Assembly: GCF_009914755.1 (NCBI RefSeq)
Contig: NC_060934.1
DNA length: 64,000 nucleotides
Direction: 5' to 3' (one strand)
From: the human T2T-CHM13v2.0 reference genome, Homo sapiens
The notes beneath the pieces were generated by a model. It saw nothing but the letters and a program-made list of their open reading frames with translations, did not search any database and was not told the origin of the DNA. This document shows, one piece after another, positions 44,128 to 60,219 of this stretch (positions are counted from its first letter, which is position 1; the number at the start of each line of letters is the position of its first letter). Made by a program: the position numbers and the translations under genes.

Positions 44128-46078
44128 TGTAATGGACACTTAGGTTGCTTCCAAATTTTATCTATTGTAAACATTGTTGCAACGTAGGAGCGCAGGTATC
44201 TCTTTGATATACCAGTGTCCTATTTTTAAGGTTTATACCCAGCCATGGAATTGCTGGATCATACGGTTGCTCAATTTTTAGTGTTTTGAGGAACCTTCAA
44301 ACTTTTCTCCATAGTACTTGTACTAATTTACATTCTCACCAACTGTGTACAAGGGTTCTGTTTTCTCCACATCCTCACAAACATTTGTTATTGCCTGTCT
44401 TTGGATATAAGCCATTTTAACTGGGGTGATATTACAGTTCTGATTTGCATTTCTCTGATGATCCATGATTTTGAGCACCTTTGCATATGCCTGTTTGTCA
44501 TTTGTATGTCTTCTTTTGAGAAATATCTCTTCAAATATTTTGCCCACTTTTTGATTGGATTATTAGATTTTTTTCTGTGGCATTGTTTCAGCTTCTTATA
44601 TATTTGGGTTACTAGTCCTTTGTTAGATGGGTAGTTTGCAAATATTCTCTCCCATTCTGTGGGTTTTCTCTTCACTTTGTTGATTGTATCCTTTGCTGTG
44701 CAGAAGCTGTTTAACTTGTTGTAATCCCATTTGTCCGTTTTTGCTTTAGTTGCCTGTGCTTACAGGGTATTGTCCAAGAAATTTTGGCCCAGACCAATGT
44801 CCTGGAGATTTTTCCCCAATGTTTTGTTCTGGTAGTTTCATAGTTTGAGGTCTTAGATTTAAGTCTTTATACCATATGCTTTTTATATATGGCAAGAGAT
44901 AGGCTCTAGTTTCATTCTTCTGCATATGGATCTCCAGTTTTCCCAGCACCATTTATTGAAGAATCTGTCTTTTCCCCAGTATATGTTCTGGTCACCTTTG
45001 TCGAAAATGAATTCACTGTAGCTGTGTCGATTTGTTTCTGAGTTCTCTGTTCTGTTCCATTGAACTATGTGTCTGTTTTTATGCCAGTATTATGCTGCTT
45101 TGCTTGCTGTAGCTCCTTAGTATACCTTGAAGTCAGGTAATGTCATTCCTTCAGTTCTTTTTGCTTTGGATAGCTTTGGCTATTCTGGGTCTTTTGTGGT
45201 TCCATATATATTTTAATTTTTTTTCTGTTTCTGTGACAAATGTTACTGTTATTTTGAGAGGGATTGCATTGTATCTGTAGACTGCCTTGGGTAATATGGA
45301 CATTTTAACAATATTGATTCTTCCAATCCATGAATTGATTCTTCCAATGCATTTTTGGTATCCTCTTCAATTTCTTTAATTAGTGTTTTATAGTTTCCAT
45401 TATAGAGATCTTTCACTTCTTTGGTTAATTCCCAGGTATTTAATTTTATGTGTGGCTATTATAAATGGGATTACTTTCTTAATTTCTTTTTTATATTGTT
45501 CACTATTGGCATATAGAAATGCTACTGATTTTTGTATGTTGATTTTGTATCCTTCAATTTTACTGAATTTATCAGTTCTAAGATTTTTATGGAGTCTTTA
45601 GGTTTTTCCAAATATAAGATCATATTATCTGGAAACAAGGATAATTTGGCTTCCTCCTTTCCTATTTGGATGCCCTTTATATCTTTCTTTTTTCTTATTG
45701 CTCTAGCTAGGACGTTCAGGACTGTGTTCAATAACAGTGGTGAAAGTGGGCATCCTTATTGTGTTCCAGATTTTAGAAGAAAGCCTCTCAATTTTCCCCC
45801 TTCAGTATGATACTAGCTGTGGGTCTGTCATATATGGCTTTTATTAGGTTGAGTTATGTTCCTTCAATCCCCAATTTTTTGAGGGTTTTTATCATGAAGG
45901 GATCTTGAATTTTATCAAATGCGTTTTCACTGTCAATTGAAATGATTAGATCATTTTTATCCTTCATTCTAGTGATATGATGTGTCACATGGACTGATTT
46001 GCATATGTTGAACCATTCTTGCATTCCAGGGGGATAAATCCCACTTGGTTATGAATGATCTTTCTGATGTACTGTTGA

Positions 46079-46428
<350 letters not shown>

Positions 46429-46444
46429 AGTTTTCTTTCTTTTT

Positions 46445-46476
<32 letters not shown>

Positions 46477-49400
46477 TTGGTGTGTGTGTCTTTGTCTGGT
46501 TTTAATATCAGGGTAATATTGGCCTTGTAGAATGAGTTTGGAAGTATTTCCTTCTCCTCTATTTTTCAGAATAGTTTGAGTAGGATTGGTATTAGTTCTG
46601 CTTTAAATGTTTGGTAGAATTCAGCTGTGAAGCCATCAGACCCCAGGCTTTTCTTTATTGGGAAACTTTTTATTATACCTTCAATAACATTACTTGTTAT
46701 TGGTCTGTTCAGGTTTTGGATTTCTTCCCAGTTCAATCTCGGTAGGTTGTATCTGTGTAGGAATTTTTTATTTCTTCTAGATGTTCCAGTTTATTGGCAT
46801 GTAGTTGTTCATAGTAGCCACTAGTAATCCTTTGAATTTTTGCAGTATCCTTTGAAATGTCTCCTTTTCCTTTCTGATTGAATTTTTTTGTGTGTCTTCT
46901 CTGTTTTTTCTTAGTTTGTCTGGCTAAAGGTTTTTCTATTTTGTTTAACCTTTCAAAAATCAACCTTTTGTTTCATCAGTCTTTTTTTTATTGTTTTCTT
47001 CATTTCAATTTTATTATTTCTGCTTTGATCTTTCTTATTTTCTTCTATTAATTTTGGTTTTGGTTTGCTCTTCCTTTTCTAGTTTTTAAGATGCATCATT
47101 AGATTATTTGAAGCTTTTCCTCTTTTTTTGATGTAGGCACTTATAGCTAGACACTTCCTCTTAGTATTGCTTTGCTGTATCCCATAGGTTTTAGTATGTT
47201 GTGTTTCTATTATCATGTTTCAAGAAAATTTTCAGTTTCCTTCTTAGTTTCTTCATTGACCCTCTGGTCATTCAGGAGCATATTGTTTAATTTCCATGTA
47301 TTTGTAAATTCCTCTTGTTATTAATTTCTAGTTTTATTCCATTGTGGTCAGAGATGATGCTTTATATTATTTCAGTTTTTTTCAATGTTTTACAACTTGC
47401 TTTGTGACCTAACATATGGTCTATACTTGAGAGTGATCCATGTGGTGAGGAAAATAATGTGTATTCTGCAGCTGTTGGATGAAATTTTCTGTAACTATCT
47501 GATAGATCCATTTGGTCTATAGTGCAGATTAAGTCCCATGTTTCTTTGTTGATTTTCTTCGAAGAAAGATCTGTTCATAGCTGAAAGTGCAGTGTTGAAA
47601 TCTCCAGCTATTACTTTATTGGGGCCTATCTCTCTCTTTACCTCTAATAATAATATTTGCTTTATATATCTAGATGCTTCATTGTTGGGTGTATACATAT
47701 GTTTAAAACTGTTATATCTTCTTGCTGAATTGACCGCTTTATCATTATAGAGTGACCTTCTTTGTCTATTCTTTTGTTTTTCGTCTTGAAATCTGTTTTG
47801 TTTGATGTAAGTATAGCTACTCCTATTCTTTTTTGGTTTCCATTTGCATGGAATATATTTTTCCATTCCTTTATCATAGGCTACATGTGTCTTTATTTGT
47901 AAAATATGTTTATTGTAGGCAACAGATTATTGAGTATTTTTTTTCCATCCATTCAGCCACTCTCTTGATTGAAGAGTTTAGTCTATTTACATTGAAAGCT
48001 ATTATTGATAAGTAAGGACTTACTTCTGCCATTTTATTATTTGTTTTCTGGTTGTTTTGTGTTCTTCTCTTCCTTCTTTCTTTCTGTCTTGCTTTAGTGA
48101 AGGTGATATGATTGAGTTTCTTGGTTTTTATTTCTTGTGTATCTTGTTTTTTTGTTTTGAGGTTACCACGAGACTTGTAAATAGTACATTATAACCCATT
48201 ATTTAAGCTGATAACAACTTGACACTTTTTGTGGTCCTCTTTTCCTTCTTTCTTTCCCTCCTGTCTTCCTTTAGTGAAGGCCTTTTTTTTCCTGGTGATA
48301 TGATATAGTTTTTTAGTTTTTATTTTTTGTGTATCCATTGTATGTTTTTTGGTTTGAGGTTACCATGAATCTTGCAAAAACTACCTTATAGCCCATTATT
48401 TTAACCTAATAACAACTTGACACTGTTTGCATAAACAAACAAGCAAATGAAAACTAATAAAAACTCTATACCTTAACCTCATCCATCTGCTTTTTAACTT
48501 GTTATTGTTTGTATTTATATCTTATTTTACTGTCAACATCTTGAAAAGTTGTTATTATTTTTGAGTGGTTCATTGTTTAGTCTTTCTATGTAGGATAAGA
48601 GTATTTTACTCACCACAGTTACAGTGTTATAATATTCTGTGTTTTTATGTGTACTCACTGTTACTGGTGAGTTTTGTGGTTTCAGGTGATTACTTATTGC
48701 TGATTAATGTCATTTTTTTTTTCTGTTTGGAGTACTCCCTTTAACATTTCTTTTAGGACAGGTCTGGTGCTGATGAAATCACTCAGCTTTTGTTTGTCTG
48801 GGAAAGTCTTTATTTCTCCTTCATGTTTGTAGGATATATATACACTTCAAATATATACATTTTAGGATATATATACATTTCAAATGTAAAAGTTGTTTTC
48901 CTTCAGCACTTTAAATATGTCATGCCATTGTCTCCCGGCCCATAAGGTTTCCACTGAACAGTCTGCCGCCAGATGTATTGGAGCTCCATTGTATGTGATT
49001 TGTTGCTTTTCCCTTGCTGCTTTTAGGATCCTTTCTTTATTCTTGATCTTTGGGAGTTTGATTGATTACTAAATGCCTTGATGTAGTCTTCTTTGGGTTT
49101 AATTCTGTTTGGTGTTCTATAACCTTCTTGTACTTTGATATTGATATATTTCTCTAGTTTGAGAAGTTTCGTGTTGTTACCCCTTTGAATAAACTTTCTA
49201 CCCTTATCTGTTTCACTTCTTCCTTTTTAAGACCACGAACTCTTAGATTTTCACTTTTGTAGCTATTCTCTAAATTCTGTAGATGTGGTTCATTGTTTTT
49301 AATCTTCTTCTTTTGTCTTTTCTGACAGCGTATTTTCAAATAGCCTGTCTTTAAGCTCACTAATTTTTTCTTCTGCTTGATTAATTCTGCTATTAAAAGA

Positions 49401-51671
49401 CTAATGCATTCTTCCATATGCGAATTACATCTTTCATCTACAGAATTTCTCCTTGATACCTTTTAATTATTTCAGTCTCTTTGTTACATTCATCTAATAG
49501 AATTCTCAATTTCTTCTTTTTGTTATCTTGCATTTCTTTGAGTTTCGTGAACACAGGTATTTTAAATTCTCTGTTTGAAAGGTCACATATCTCTGTTTCT
49601 CCAGGATTGGTCCCTGGTGGCTTATCTATTTCATTTGATGAGGTCATGTTTTCCTGGATGGTGTTGATGCTAATAGATGTTCTTCATTATCTGGGCATTG
49701 ATCAGTTAGGTATTTATTGTAGCCCCCACTGTCTGGGCTTGTTGGTACCTGTCCTCCTTGGGAAGACTTTCTAGATGTTTGAAAGGACTTGGGACTTGGA
49801 TGTTATGGTATTAGTTGTATCTGCTATAGGGGGGACCCTAAGCCCAGTAATACTTTACTTACAAACTCATAGAGGGACTGCCTTGATGGTCTTGGACAAG
49901 GTCTGGGAGAATTCTGGATTACCAGGCAGAGACTATTGTTCTCTTACCTTATTTTCTCCCGAACAAACAGAATTTCTCTCTCTGTTCTGGGCCACTTAAA
50001 GCTGGGGGTGGAGTGACAAAAGTACCACCGTGGCCATCACCAGTATGACTGTGCTGGTCAGACATGAAGCCAGCACAACATTGGATCTTGCCTACAGCCT
50101 GCTGTATGCACTCACTGGTTACTGCCTGTGTTCGCCTAAAGTCCTGGGGCTCTACAATCAGCAGGTGGCAAAGCCAGCTAGGCCTGTGTTCTTCCCTTCT
50201 GGATGACGAGTTCCCTCAGGCCCCTGGTGGGTCCAGAGGTGCTATACAGGAGTTAGGGACTAGAGTTAAAAACCTTAGAAGTCTACTTAGTGTTCTATTG
50301 TACTTTGGCTGAGCTGGCACTCAAAACACAATATGCAGTCCTTCCCACTCTTCCCTCCCTTTTCCAAAGGCAGAAGAGCCTCACCTCATAGCCACTGCCA
50401 TCAAAGGCCATGGGGAGTACTGCCAGACTACAGCTGATGATCCCTTAAGGCCTAAGGGCTCTTAAGTAAGCTTATGGTGAATGCTGCCTGGCCTGGGACT
50501 CACCCTTTAGGGGAGTGGGCTCCCCTCTGGCCTAGGGTAGGTTCAGAAGTGCCATCCAAGAGTTAAGTCCTAAAAGTGGGGATCCCAAGACCCCACTTGG
50601 TGCTCCATCCACCTGTGACTGTGTTAGTTCCTAAGGTACAAGGCAAAGTACCATTTACTTTTCCCTGTGCTTTTCTCTAACATAAGAGTTTTGCCCTTTA
50701 GCCACTGCAGCTGGTAATGTGCTGTGTTTCACCTGAAGCCAGCAAGTCTCAGAGGCTCACCTAAGACCCTCAACATAGAACGTGGGTATTGCTGCTGGTT
50801 ATTCAGGACCCAAGTACTCTTCAGTTAACCAGGTGATGAATGCTTCCAGGACTGGGTCCTTTCCTTCAAGTCAGTGGGTTCCTTTCTGGCCCAGTATGTG
50901 TCTAGAAATGTCGTCTGGAAGCTAAGACCTGGAAGGAGGGCCTCATCATTCTGACTGGTGCCAAGACAAAGTCCTCTCCACTTTTCCCACACCTCTTCTC
51001 AGGTGGAAGTTAGGGGTCTCTTTTGGAACCACGATTTGTGCAGTCTGGGGTTAGAGGAGAGGCAATGCCAGTACTCCCTTAGTCACCCCCTCTGCTGTCC
51101 CAGCAGGTCCTGTGCCCTCCAGTTCACTGTTTCTGGGCCCAGTTCAGCACTAGGACTTGCCTAAGAGTTGTAGTCCTTATGGCCCAGACTGCCTTTCAAC
51201 TTCATTTAAAGACTCAGAGCATTTTAGCCCTTGGTGGTGAGGTCAGTGGGAACTGAAGTTCAGACTGCTAGGATTGGCGATTTTCCTTTGTCTAGTGCTG
51301 GTTTGTATGTGCCTTCTGTAGGCGGGTGTCCCCTGAGTTTTGTTCAGTTCTCCTTTCTACTATAACAGGACAGCAGTGAGTTCAGTCCCTCACGATTATT
51401 GTTTTCTCCCTCCTTTAGTGCCTAGAGATACTTTCCTCCCCATATACTGCCACTGCAGGGAGGTGGGAGAGGGCTGATGTTGGCAATTGGAGAATTTTTA
51501 AGAAATCACTTCAGTGCCTCTTTCACTGATAGAAGTTAACACCAGGTACTATGAGGGCTCACCTGATTTTTGGTTTTATGAAGGTGTTTTTTCTGTTTAG
51601 ATAGTTGTTAAATTGATGTCCCTGTTGGAGGGGACGATTGATGGAACCTTCTATTCTGCTATCTTGCTCTG

Positions 51672-52960
51672 TGTCTCTATCACCTTTATCTATTTCTTAA
51701 ACATTTTTTATCATCCCAAAAGGAAACTCCGTACTCATGAAGGAGTCACCCCAGCCCCTGGCAACCACTGCTCTGCTATCTGTCTTTACAAATTTACTTA
51801 TATTCTAGATATTTCATATAAATGGAATCACAGTATGTAACATCTTGGGATTTCCTTCTTTCACTAAATGTTATGTTTTTGATGTTCATTCTCATTGTAG
51901 CAAGTACCAGTACTTAATACCTTTTTACAGCTAAATAATACTGTGGTTTTGATTTCCATTTCCTTAATGATTAAATATTGAATATCTTTTGATGTGCTTG
52001 CTGGCCCTTGTATCTTAGTTTGGAGAAATACTTATTCAAGTACTTTACCTGTTTAAAGAAACTTTGTTTTCTTAAATTTTGGAAAAATATGCATAATATA
52101 AAGTTTACCATTTTAAACATTTTTAAGTATACAGTTTAGTGGCATTAAGGACATGTGCATTGTTTTGCCACCATCATTTTCATTCCTCTTTAAAACTTTT
52201 TAATCTTGTAAATCTGAAACTCTATAACCATTAAAAAATAGCTACCCACTCCCCCACCTCCTTCCAGACCCTAAGAACTGCCATTCTACTTTCTGTTTCT
52301 GTGAATTTGATGGCTATAGATACCTCATGTTAAGTGGAATCATGCAGTTTTTGTCCTTTGGTGACTGGCTTATTTCTCTTAGCATAAGCCTTCATGGTTC
52401 ATTCGTATGATAGCATGTATCAGACTGTCTTTCCTTTCTAAGGTTGAATAATGTTTCATTATGTATTAGTACATTCACAATGTTGTACAACTGTCACCTT
52501 TATCTAGTTCTTACACACATCATATTTTATCTATCTATTTATTCATTGATGGACACTTGAGTTGCTTCCACCTTTTGGCTGTTGTAAATAATGCTGCTAA
52601 GAATATAGCTTACAAATATCTTTGTGAGTATTTGTGTCTTTTCATATGCTTTTTAGCCATTTCTTTATCTTCCTTGGAGAAATGTCTATTCAAATCTTTT
52701 ACTTATTTTATAATTGGGCTTTTTTTTGCTGTTGAATTGAAAAAGTTCTATATATCTTCTAGATATGAGGCTCGCATGAGATATATGATTTGTATTTTCC
52801 ACCATTCTGTAGGTTGTGTTCACTTTTTTGATGGTATCCTTTAAAACGCAAAAGTTTCAATTTTGATAGTTTATCTATTTTTTTATTTTGTTGCTTATAT
52901 TTTTGGTGTCATATCTACAAATCCATTGCCATATGTAACATCACAATGATTATTTTTTTG
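51672..52960 (-). mobile_element. Nested L1MB/ME 3' fragments
   Basis: Repeated L1MB-type 3'UTR motifs (AAGTTTACCATTTTAAAC, GACTGGCTTATTTC). Confidence 0.7.
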
Positions 52961-53650
52961 CCAACATAGGTAAAAGTAATATATGAATGGCTCTATTAGC
53001 TCCAAAATGTTTTAAATTATTATGGTAAGTTTTACTATTCTAACAGGCAGAGTGCTTTTAGGAATATGTTCCCCTTTAAGGATAATACTTCTCTGCTAGG
53101 TTGAAGACAAGTTTAGTTATTTCACATTAATTTTTGTTACTGACATGATACATTTGACAAGCCAAAGTAAAGGCAATGAAAAATTAAATAGAGTGAATAA
53201 TAGATGCCTGTTGTATTCACTGTTATACTTTCTCCGGTAGTTTATGAAATTTTTAAATAATTCTTTAAGAGTTTCTGTGTTTCTTAAAGTTGGCAGGAAA
53301 TATTTTGCTGTCTATGACTTTTATATGGTGATGTGATGGGTAAAAGTCATTTTTATTTTTTGGGGCCACATTAGCTACCTAATAATAAACAATAAGTCAC
53401 ATCTGATGAATTATTTTAATGTAGTAATGTCTAAAATCAATTTATAAAGCATGGAAAGTAAACATTTATTACTATTCTTTCATTTTTAGTTCACTTTATT
53501 GGGAAAAGCTCATTTTTAAAACTAGTAAATATACTTATTAAAATTCAAAGTGCATGCCGATATTAAGGGAAAGTAGGAAATAAATTTATATTTGACTGGC
53601 AAAGCTTTAAATATACTGCAGCATATATATTATTTTAAAAATCCAACCTA
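52960..53650 (-). pseudogene. EBLL N-terminal fragment, collinear with 41150-42825 across the L1MA insertion
   Basis: KIIYAAV~KTLYSSV; P*YRHAL*ILIS~PRVRAQLELHIA; MTFTHH...TAK (53350-53303)~MTYNHF..DTAK; SLYLIFHCLYF/LVKCI~SINLPHDDYFTIIKSI. Confidence 0.55.
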
Positions 53651-53910
53651 ATAAAGCCAATCTAACATTATTGTCAATTATTATTATATTATGGTTAGTC
53701 AGTTATTATAAGTTACTCTTAAAATGTTTTATTAAAATTTTATTTATAATGTTCAGGAAGATTCTCTGATTAAAAACTTGCTTTGGAGATATGTATATAA
53801 AATATTTATGTGTGTATATGTATACTATATATATATGTATATGTAATCTTTGTGGCTATGGAAAAATATAACAATGTTAAATGCTTGGGCTTTGGAATCA
53901 TACCACTTGA

Positions 53911-54264
<354 letters not shown>

Positions 54265-56043
54265 TAACTTTTTAGTGTCTTAGTTTTCTCATCTGCAAAA
54301 TGCAGCTAATTTAATTTATGTTGTAATGGTAAGTCATAAATGTGGTACTTTATATGTTGTATAATATATGTTCCTGGCAAATGTTAACTCCCTAATCCTA
54401 GCTATTATTGTGATATTATTATTACTATTCATAACATCAATAAGTTTAGTATTTTGATAAAAATATATGATTCAAACTTTTATGGCAGTATTATTTTTGT
54501 CATATTATTTCCAATCTGACTTATAAACTGTAGTAAAAGAAACTAAATTAATATTTAATTGAATAGAAGAATGGCTCAGTACATTACACATTATGTTATT
54601 TGCAATGAAGGAATATCCTTGAACTCCATAAATACTTATTGAATGCCTAATAAATGCAAGGAACAATGTTAGGACTTAAATTTATATACATTGTGTGGGT
54701 GCTATTATAGTGTTATGAAGAAATTGAGTGATAGAATTAGTGACAAAGAGATGAATTCTCATTGAAGAATCTGGTCTTGGAAGGTCTTTCATTTCTTCAA
54801 TATTTAAAAAAATAATTGGATATATAATAGTTGTACATATTTAAGGGGTACATGTGATATTTTAATACAAATAGATAATGTGTAATGATCAAATCTGGGT
54901 AACTGAAATATCCATCACCTCAAACATTTATCATTTCTTTGTGTTGTGAATGCTCCAAGTCTACTCTTCTGGATCTTTTGAAATATACAATAAATTATTT
55001 TAAACTATAGTCACTTTATTATGCTGTGGAACACTAGATCTTATTCTTTCTTTCTAACTGTATTTTTATACCCATTAACCATTTCTATTTATCCTCATCT
55101 CCTCACTAGTGTTCACAGCCTCTAGTAACCACCATTTCATTCACTACCTCCAGGAGATCAATTGTTTTAGCTCCCACATATGAATGAGAACATGAGACAT
55201 TTGTCTTTTGTACCTGGCTTATTTCACTTAACATAATGTTCTCTAGTTCCATCAGTGTCATTGCAAATGACAGGATTTCATTCTTTTTAATGGTGGAATA
55301 ATGTTCCATTTGTGTATATATACCACATTTTCTTTCATTGTTCATCTGTCGATGGACACCTAGGTGGATTCCAAATCTTGCCTATTGCAAATAATGCTGC
55401 AATAATCATGGATATGCAGATATTTCTTTGATATACTGATTTTCCTTCTTTTGGATATAACCAGTAGTAGAATTTCTGGATCATACGTAGTTCTGTTTGT
55501 AGTGTTTTGAGGAACTTCCATAAACCTCCATACTGTTTTCCATAGTGGTTGTACTAATTTACATCTTGACCAACAGTGTGTGAGAGCATGCCCCTTTTTC
55601 TGCATCCTCACCAGCATTTGTTATATTCTGTCTTTTGGATAAAAGCCATTTTAACTGTGGTGAGGTGGGTTGCATTTCCCTGATTATTACTGATGTTGAA
55701 CATTTTTTCATAAACCTGTTGGCCATTTATAAGTCTTCTTTTGAGAAATGTCTCTTCAGGTCTTTAGCCCAATTTTTAATTGTATTATTATTATTATTTT
55801 GCTATTGAGTTGTTTGAGCTCCTTATGTGTTCTGGTTATTAATCCCTTGTCATATGAGCTATTTGCAAATACTTTCTCCCCATTCTGTAGGTTTTCTCTT
55901 TACTTTGTTGATTGTTAGCTGTGCAGAAGCATTTTAGCTTGATGTGATTTCATTTTTTCAATATTACTTTGGTTACATGTGATTTAGAGGTCTTACTCGA
56001 AATCTTTGCCCAGACCAATGTTCTGTAGAATTTCCTCAATGTT

Positions 56044-56370
<327 letters not shown>

Positions 56371-57727
56371 CTAGTGGTTTCAAAGTTTCAGGTCTTACAT
56401 TTAAGTTTTAAATCTATTTTGTTTTAATTTATATATATCTTGAGAGTTAGGGGGTCTAGTTCCATTCTTCTGTATATACAGGATATAATTTTCTGAGCAC
56501 CATTTATTGAGAGACTATTCTTGCCCCAGTGTATGTTCTTGGCACCTTCTTTGAAAATGAGTTGTTTATAAGTGTGTGGGTTTATTTCTGGCCTCTCTAT
56601 TCTATTGGACTATTTGTCTTTATGCCAGTATCATGCTGTTTTGTTTGCTGTATAGCTGTATACCATAATTCGAAGTCAGGTAATATGCTGCCTCTAGCTT
56701 TGTTCTTTTTGGTCAAGATTGCTTTGGCTATTCTGAGCCTTTTATGGTTCAATATGAATTTTAGGATTTTTTTTTCCATTTCTGAGAAGAATGTCATTGG
56801 TATTTTGATAAGGAGTGCATTTAATCTGTAGATACCTTTGGGTTGTATGGATATTTTAACAATATTTGTTCTTCCAACTTATGAACATGATATATATTTT
56901 CTTTTTTGTGTCCTTTTCAATTTCTTTCATCAGTGTTTTATAGTTTTAATTATACAGAGCTTTTACTACTTTGATTCCATTTATTTTATTTGTAGCTATT
57001 TTAAATGGGATTACTTTTTGATTTTTCAGATTGTTCTCTGTTGCCATACAGAAATGCTACTGAATTTATATGTCAATTTTGTATCCTGCAGGTCTACTGA
57101 ATTTATTTATTAGTTCTAATAGGTTTTTGGTGGAGTCTTTAGGTTTTTTGAAGTATAAGATCATATCATCTGTAAACAAGGATAATTTTACTTTCTCCTT
57201 TCCTGTTTGGATGCTCTTTATTTCTTTCTTTTGCCTAATTACTCTGGGTGGGACTTCCAGTACTATGTCTAATAAAAGTGGTGAAAGTGGGCGTCTTTGT
57301 TGTATTCCAGATCTTAGAGGAAAGGCTTTCAGTGTTTCCCTAGTCAGTATGATGCCAGTGGTGGGATTGTTTTATATGACCTTTATTGTTTTGAGTTATA
57401 TTTCTTGTATCCCTAGTTTTTTGAGAGTTTTTTTTTAAATCATTAAGGGACGTTGAATTTCATTGAATGCTTTTTCAACCATTGAAATAATTTTTGACCT
57501 TTATTTTGTTATATGTTATAGCAAATATGCTATATTTTGTTAAATGCGCTATGATGTATCACATTTATCGATTTGTATGTTGAACTATCTTGCACCCCTG
57601 AGATGAATCTTACTTCATTACGATGAATGATCTTTTTAATATGTTGTTGAAATCAGTTTGCTGAATTTTGTTACAGATTTTTGCATCTTGTTCATGAGTG
57701 ATATTGGCCTGTAGTTTTCTTTTCTTG

Positions 57728-57780
57728 TGTTTTGTTTTGTTTTGTTTTGTTTTGTTTTGTTTTGTTTGTGTTTTTGTTTT
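57728..57780. repeat. (TTTTG)n microsatellite
   Basis: About 7 perfect GTTTT units plus degenerate flanks. Confidence 0.9.
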
Positions 57781-58646
57781 TAATTGTGTCTTTGTCTAGT
57801 TTTGGTATCAGGATAATGCTGGCCAGTAGGATGAATTTGAGAGTGTTCTCTCATCCTTGACTTTGTAGAATATAATAAGTAGAATTTGTTAGTTCTTCTG
57901 TAAATGATTTGTAGAATTCAGCAGTGAAACTATCTGATATTGGGCTTTTCTTTGATGGGAGTCTTTATTATTGTTTCTGTTTCATAACTTGCTATTGGTC
58001 TGTTTAGTTTTTCTGTTTCTTCATGGTTCAATTTTGGTAGTTTGTATGTATTTAGGAATTTATACTTGTCTCCCAGGCTTTACAATTTATTGGGATATAG
58101 TTGCTTATCATAGTCTCTAATGATTCTTTGAATTCCTGTGGTATCAATTGTAGTGTCTTTTTTTCATTTCTTAATTATGTTCATCTTCTCACTTTTTTTC
58201 TTAGTGTAGCTAAAAGTTTATAAATTTTAGTTATTTTTTCCCAAATAACTTCTCCTTTTGTTGATCTTTTATATATATTTTTTAGTCTATAACTTATTCA
58301 TTTGTGCTCTAGTCTTTATTAGTTCTTCTCTTCTCCTAAGTTTGGGTTTAGTTTGTTCTGCTTTTTTATTTTCTAAGATGCACTATTAAGTGTTCTTATT
58401 TGAAATCTTTTTTGATGTAGGCAACATTGTTTTTGTGGTGTCCCATAGGTTTTGGTATGTTGTGATTCTATTTTTATTTGTTTCAAGCCATTTTAAAGTT
58501 TTATTCTTAATTTCTTAATTGAAATTTAATGTTTTAATTCCTTCAGCAGCGTATTGTTTCATTTCCATATATTTGTATAGTTTCCAAAGTGTCATTATTC
58601 ATTTCTAGTTAATTCCACTGTTGTTAGAAAAAATACTTGATACTCT

Positions 58647-58932
<286 letters not shown>

Positions 58933-60033
58933 TTATTTTGACATGTAATACTTTGTTGAGACTATCTTCCTGGCCTAAGAGATGGTCTGTCCTCAAGAAT
59001 ATTCCATGTGCTAATGAGAAGAATGTATATTTTTCACCCGTTGAATGAAATGTTCTCTTATTGATCATTAGGTCCATCTGGTCTGTAGTGCATATTAAGT
59101 CTAATGGTGCATTGTTGATTTTCTATTTAAAATATATGTTCAGTGTTGAAAGTGGGTGTTGAAGTCCCCAGGCATTATTATATTGGAGTCTGTCTTTCTC
59201 TTTAGGTCTAGTAATGTTTGCTTTATATTATCTGGATGCTCCAGTGTTTTGTGCAAGAAATATTTGCAATTTTAATATTCTTTGGCTGAATTTGACCATT
59301 TTATTATTATATAATGACCTTCTTTGACTCTTCTTACAGTTTTTGCCTTGAAATCTATTTTATCTGACATAGGTATAGCTATTCTTGTTTTTTGTTTCCA
59401 TTTGCATGGAATATTTCATTTCATTTCCTTCATTTTTAGTGTATGTTGTTTTTATAGCTAAAGTAAATTTCTTATGGGCAGCATATATTTGAGTCTTGTT
59501 TTAATCCATTCAGCCACTCTCTGTCTTTTATTTGAAGAATTTAGTCCATTTACATTCAGTGTTATTGTTGAAAGGTTAGGACTTAACTACTTCCAGTTTG
59601 TCATTTTTCTTCTGATTGTTTTGTACATTTTCTCTTCCTTTCTTCCTCTCTTCCTTTTTAGATTAGTGATTTCCTCTGGCTGTATGTTTTAATTCCTTGC
59701 TTTTTATTTTTTCAATTTCTATTATAGGTGTTTGCTTTGTCATTACTGTGAGGCTTGCAAAAATATTTTATAGCTAACAACGTTAAATTGATAAAAACTC
59801 TAATCTCAAAGAAGAGGGAACAAAAGGAAAACAAGCAAAGAAAAAACTAAAAAATTCTGTACTCTAACTTTTCCTCTAACTCCCTCCTACTTTTTGACTT
59901 TTTGTTGTCTCTATATCTTTTCATATTGTCTATCTTTCAAAAATTGTTGTAGTTATTATTTTTGATAGATTTTTCTTTTGGTCCTCATGCTGAAAATGTA
60001 AGTGATTTACACACCACAATTGTTGCACTAGAG

Positions 60034-60219
60034 CAAGCTTGTCTAACCCGCAGCTTGTGGGCCACATGCAGCCCAGGACAGCTTTGAATATGGCCCAACA
60101 CAAATCAGTAAACTTTCTTAAAACATTATAATTTTTTTTTAGCTCATCCACTATCATTAGTAATAGTGTGTTTTATACGTGGCCCATGACAATTCTTCTT
60201 CTAATGTTGGACTCTTCTG
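60034..60219. mobile_element. MER30
   Basis: CAAGCTTGTCTAACCC..GCAGCCCAGGACAGCTTTGAAT..GTGGCCCATGACAATTCTTC. Confidence 0.82.
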
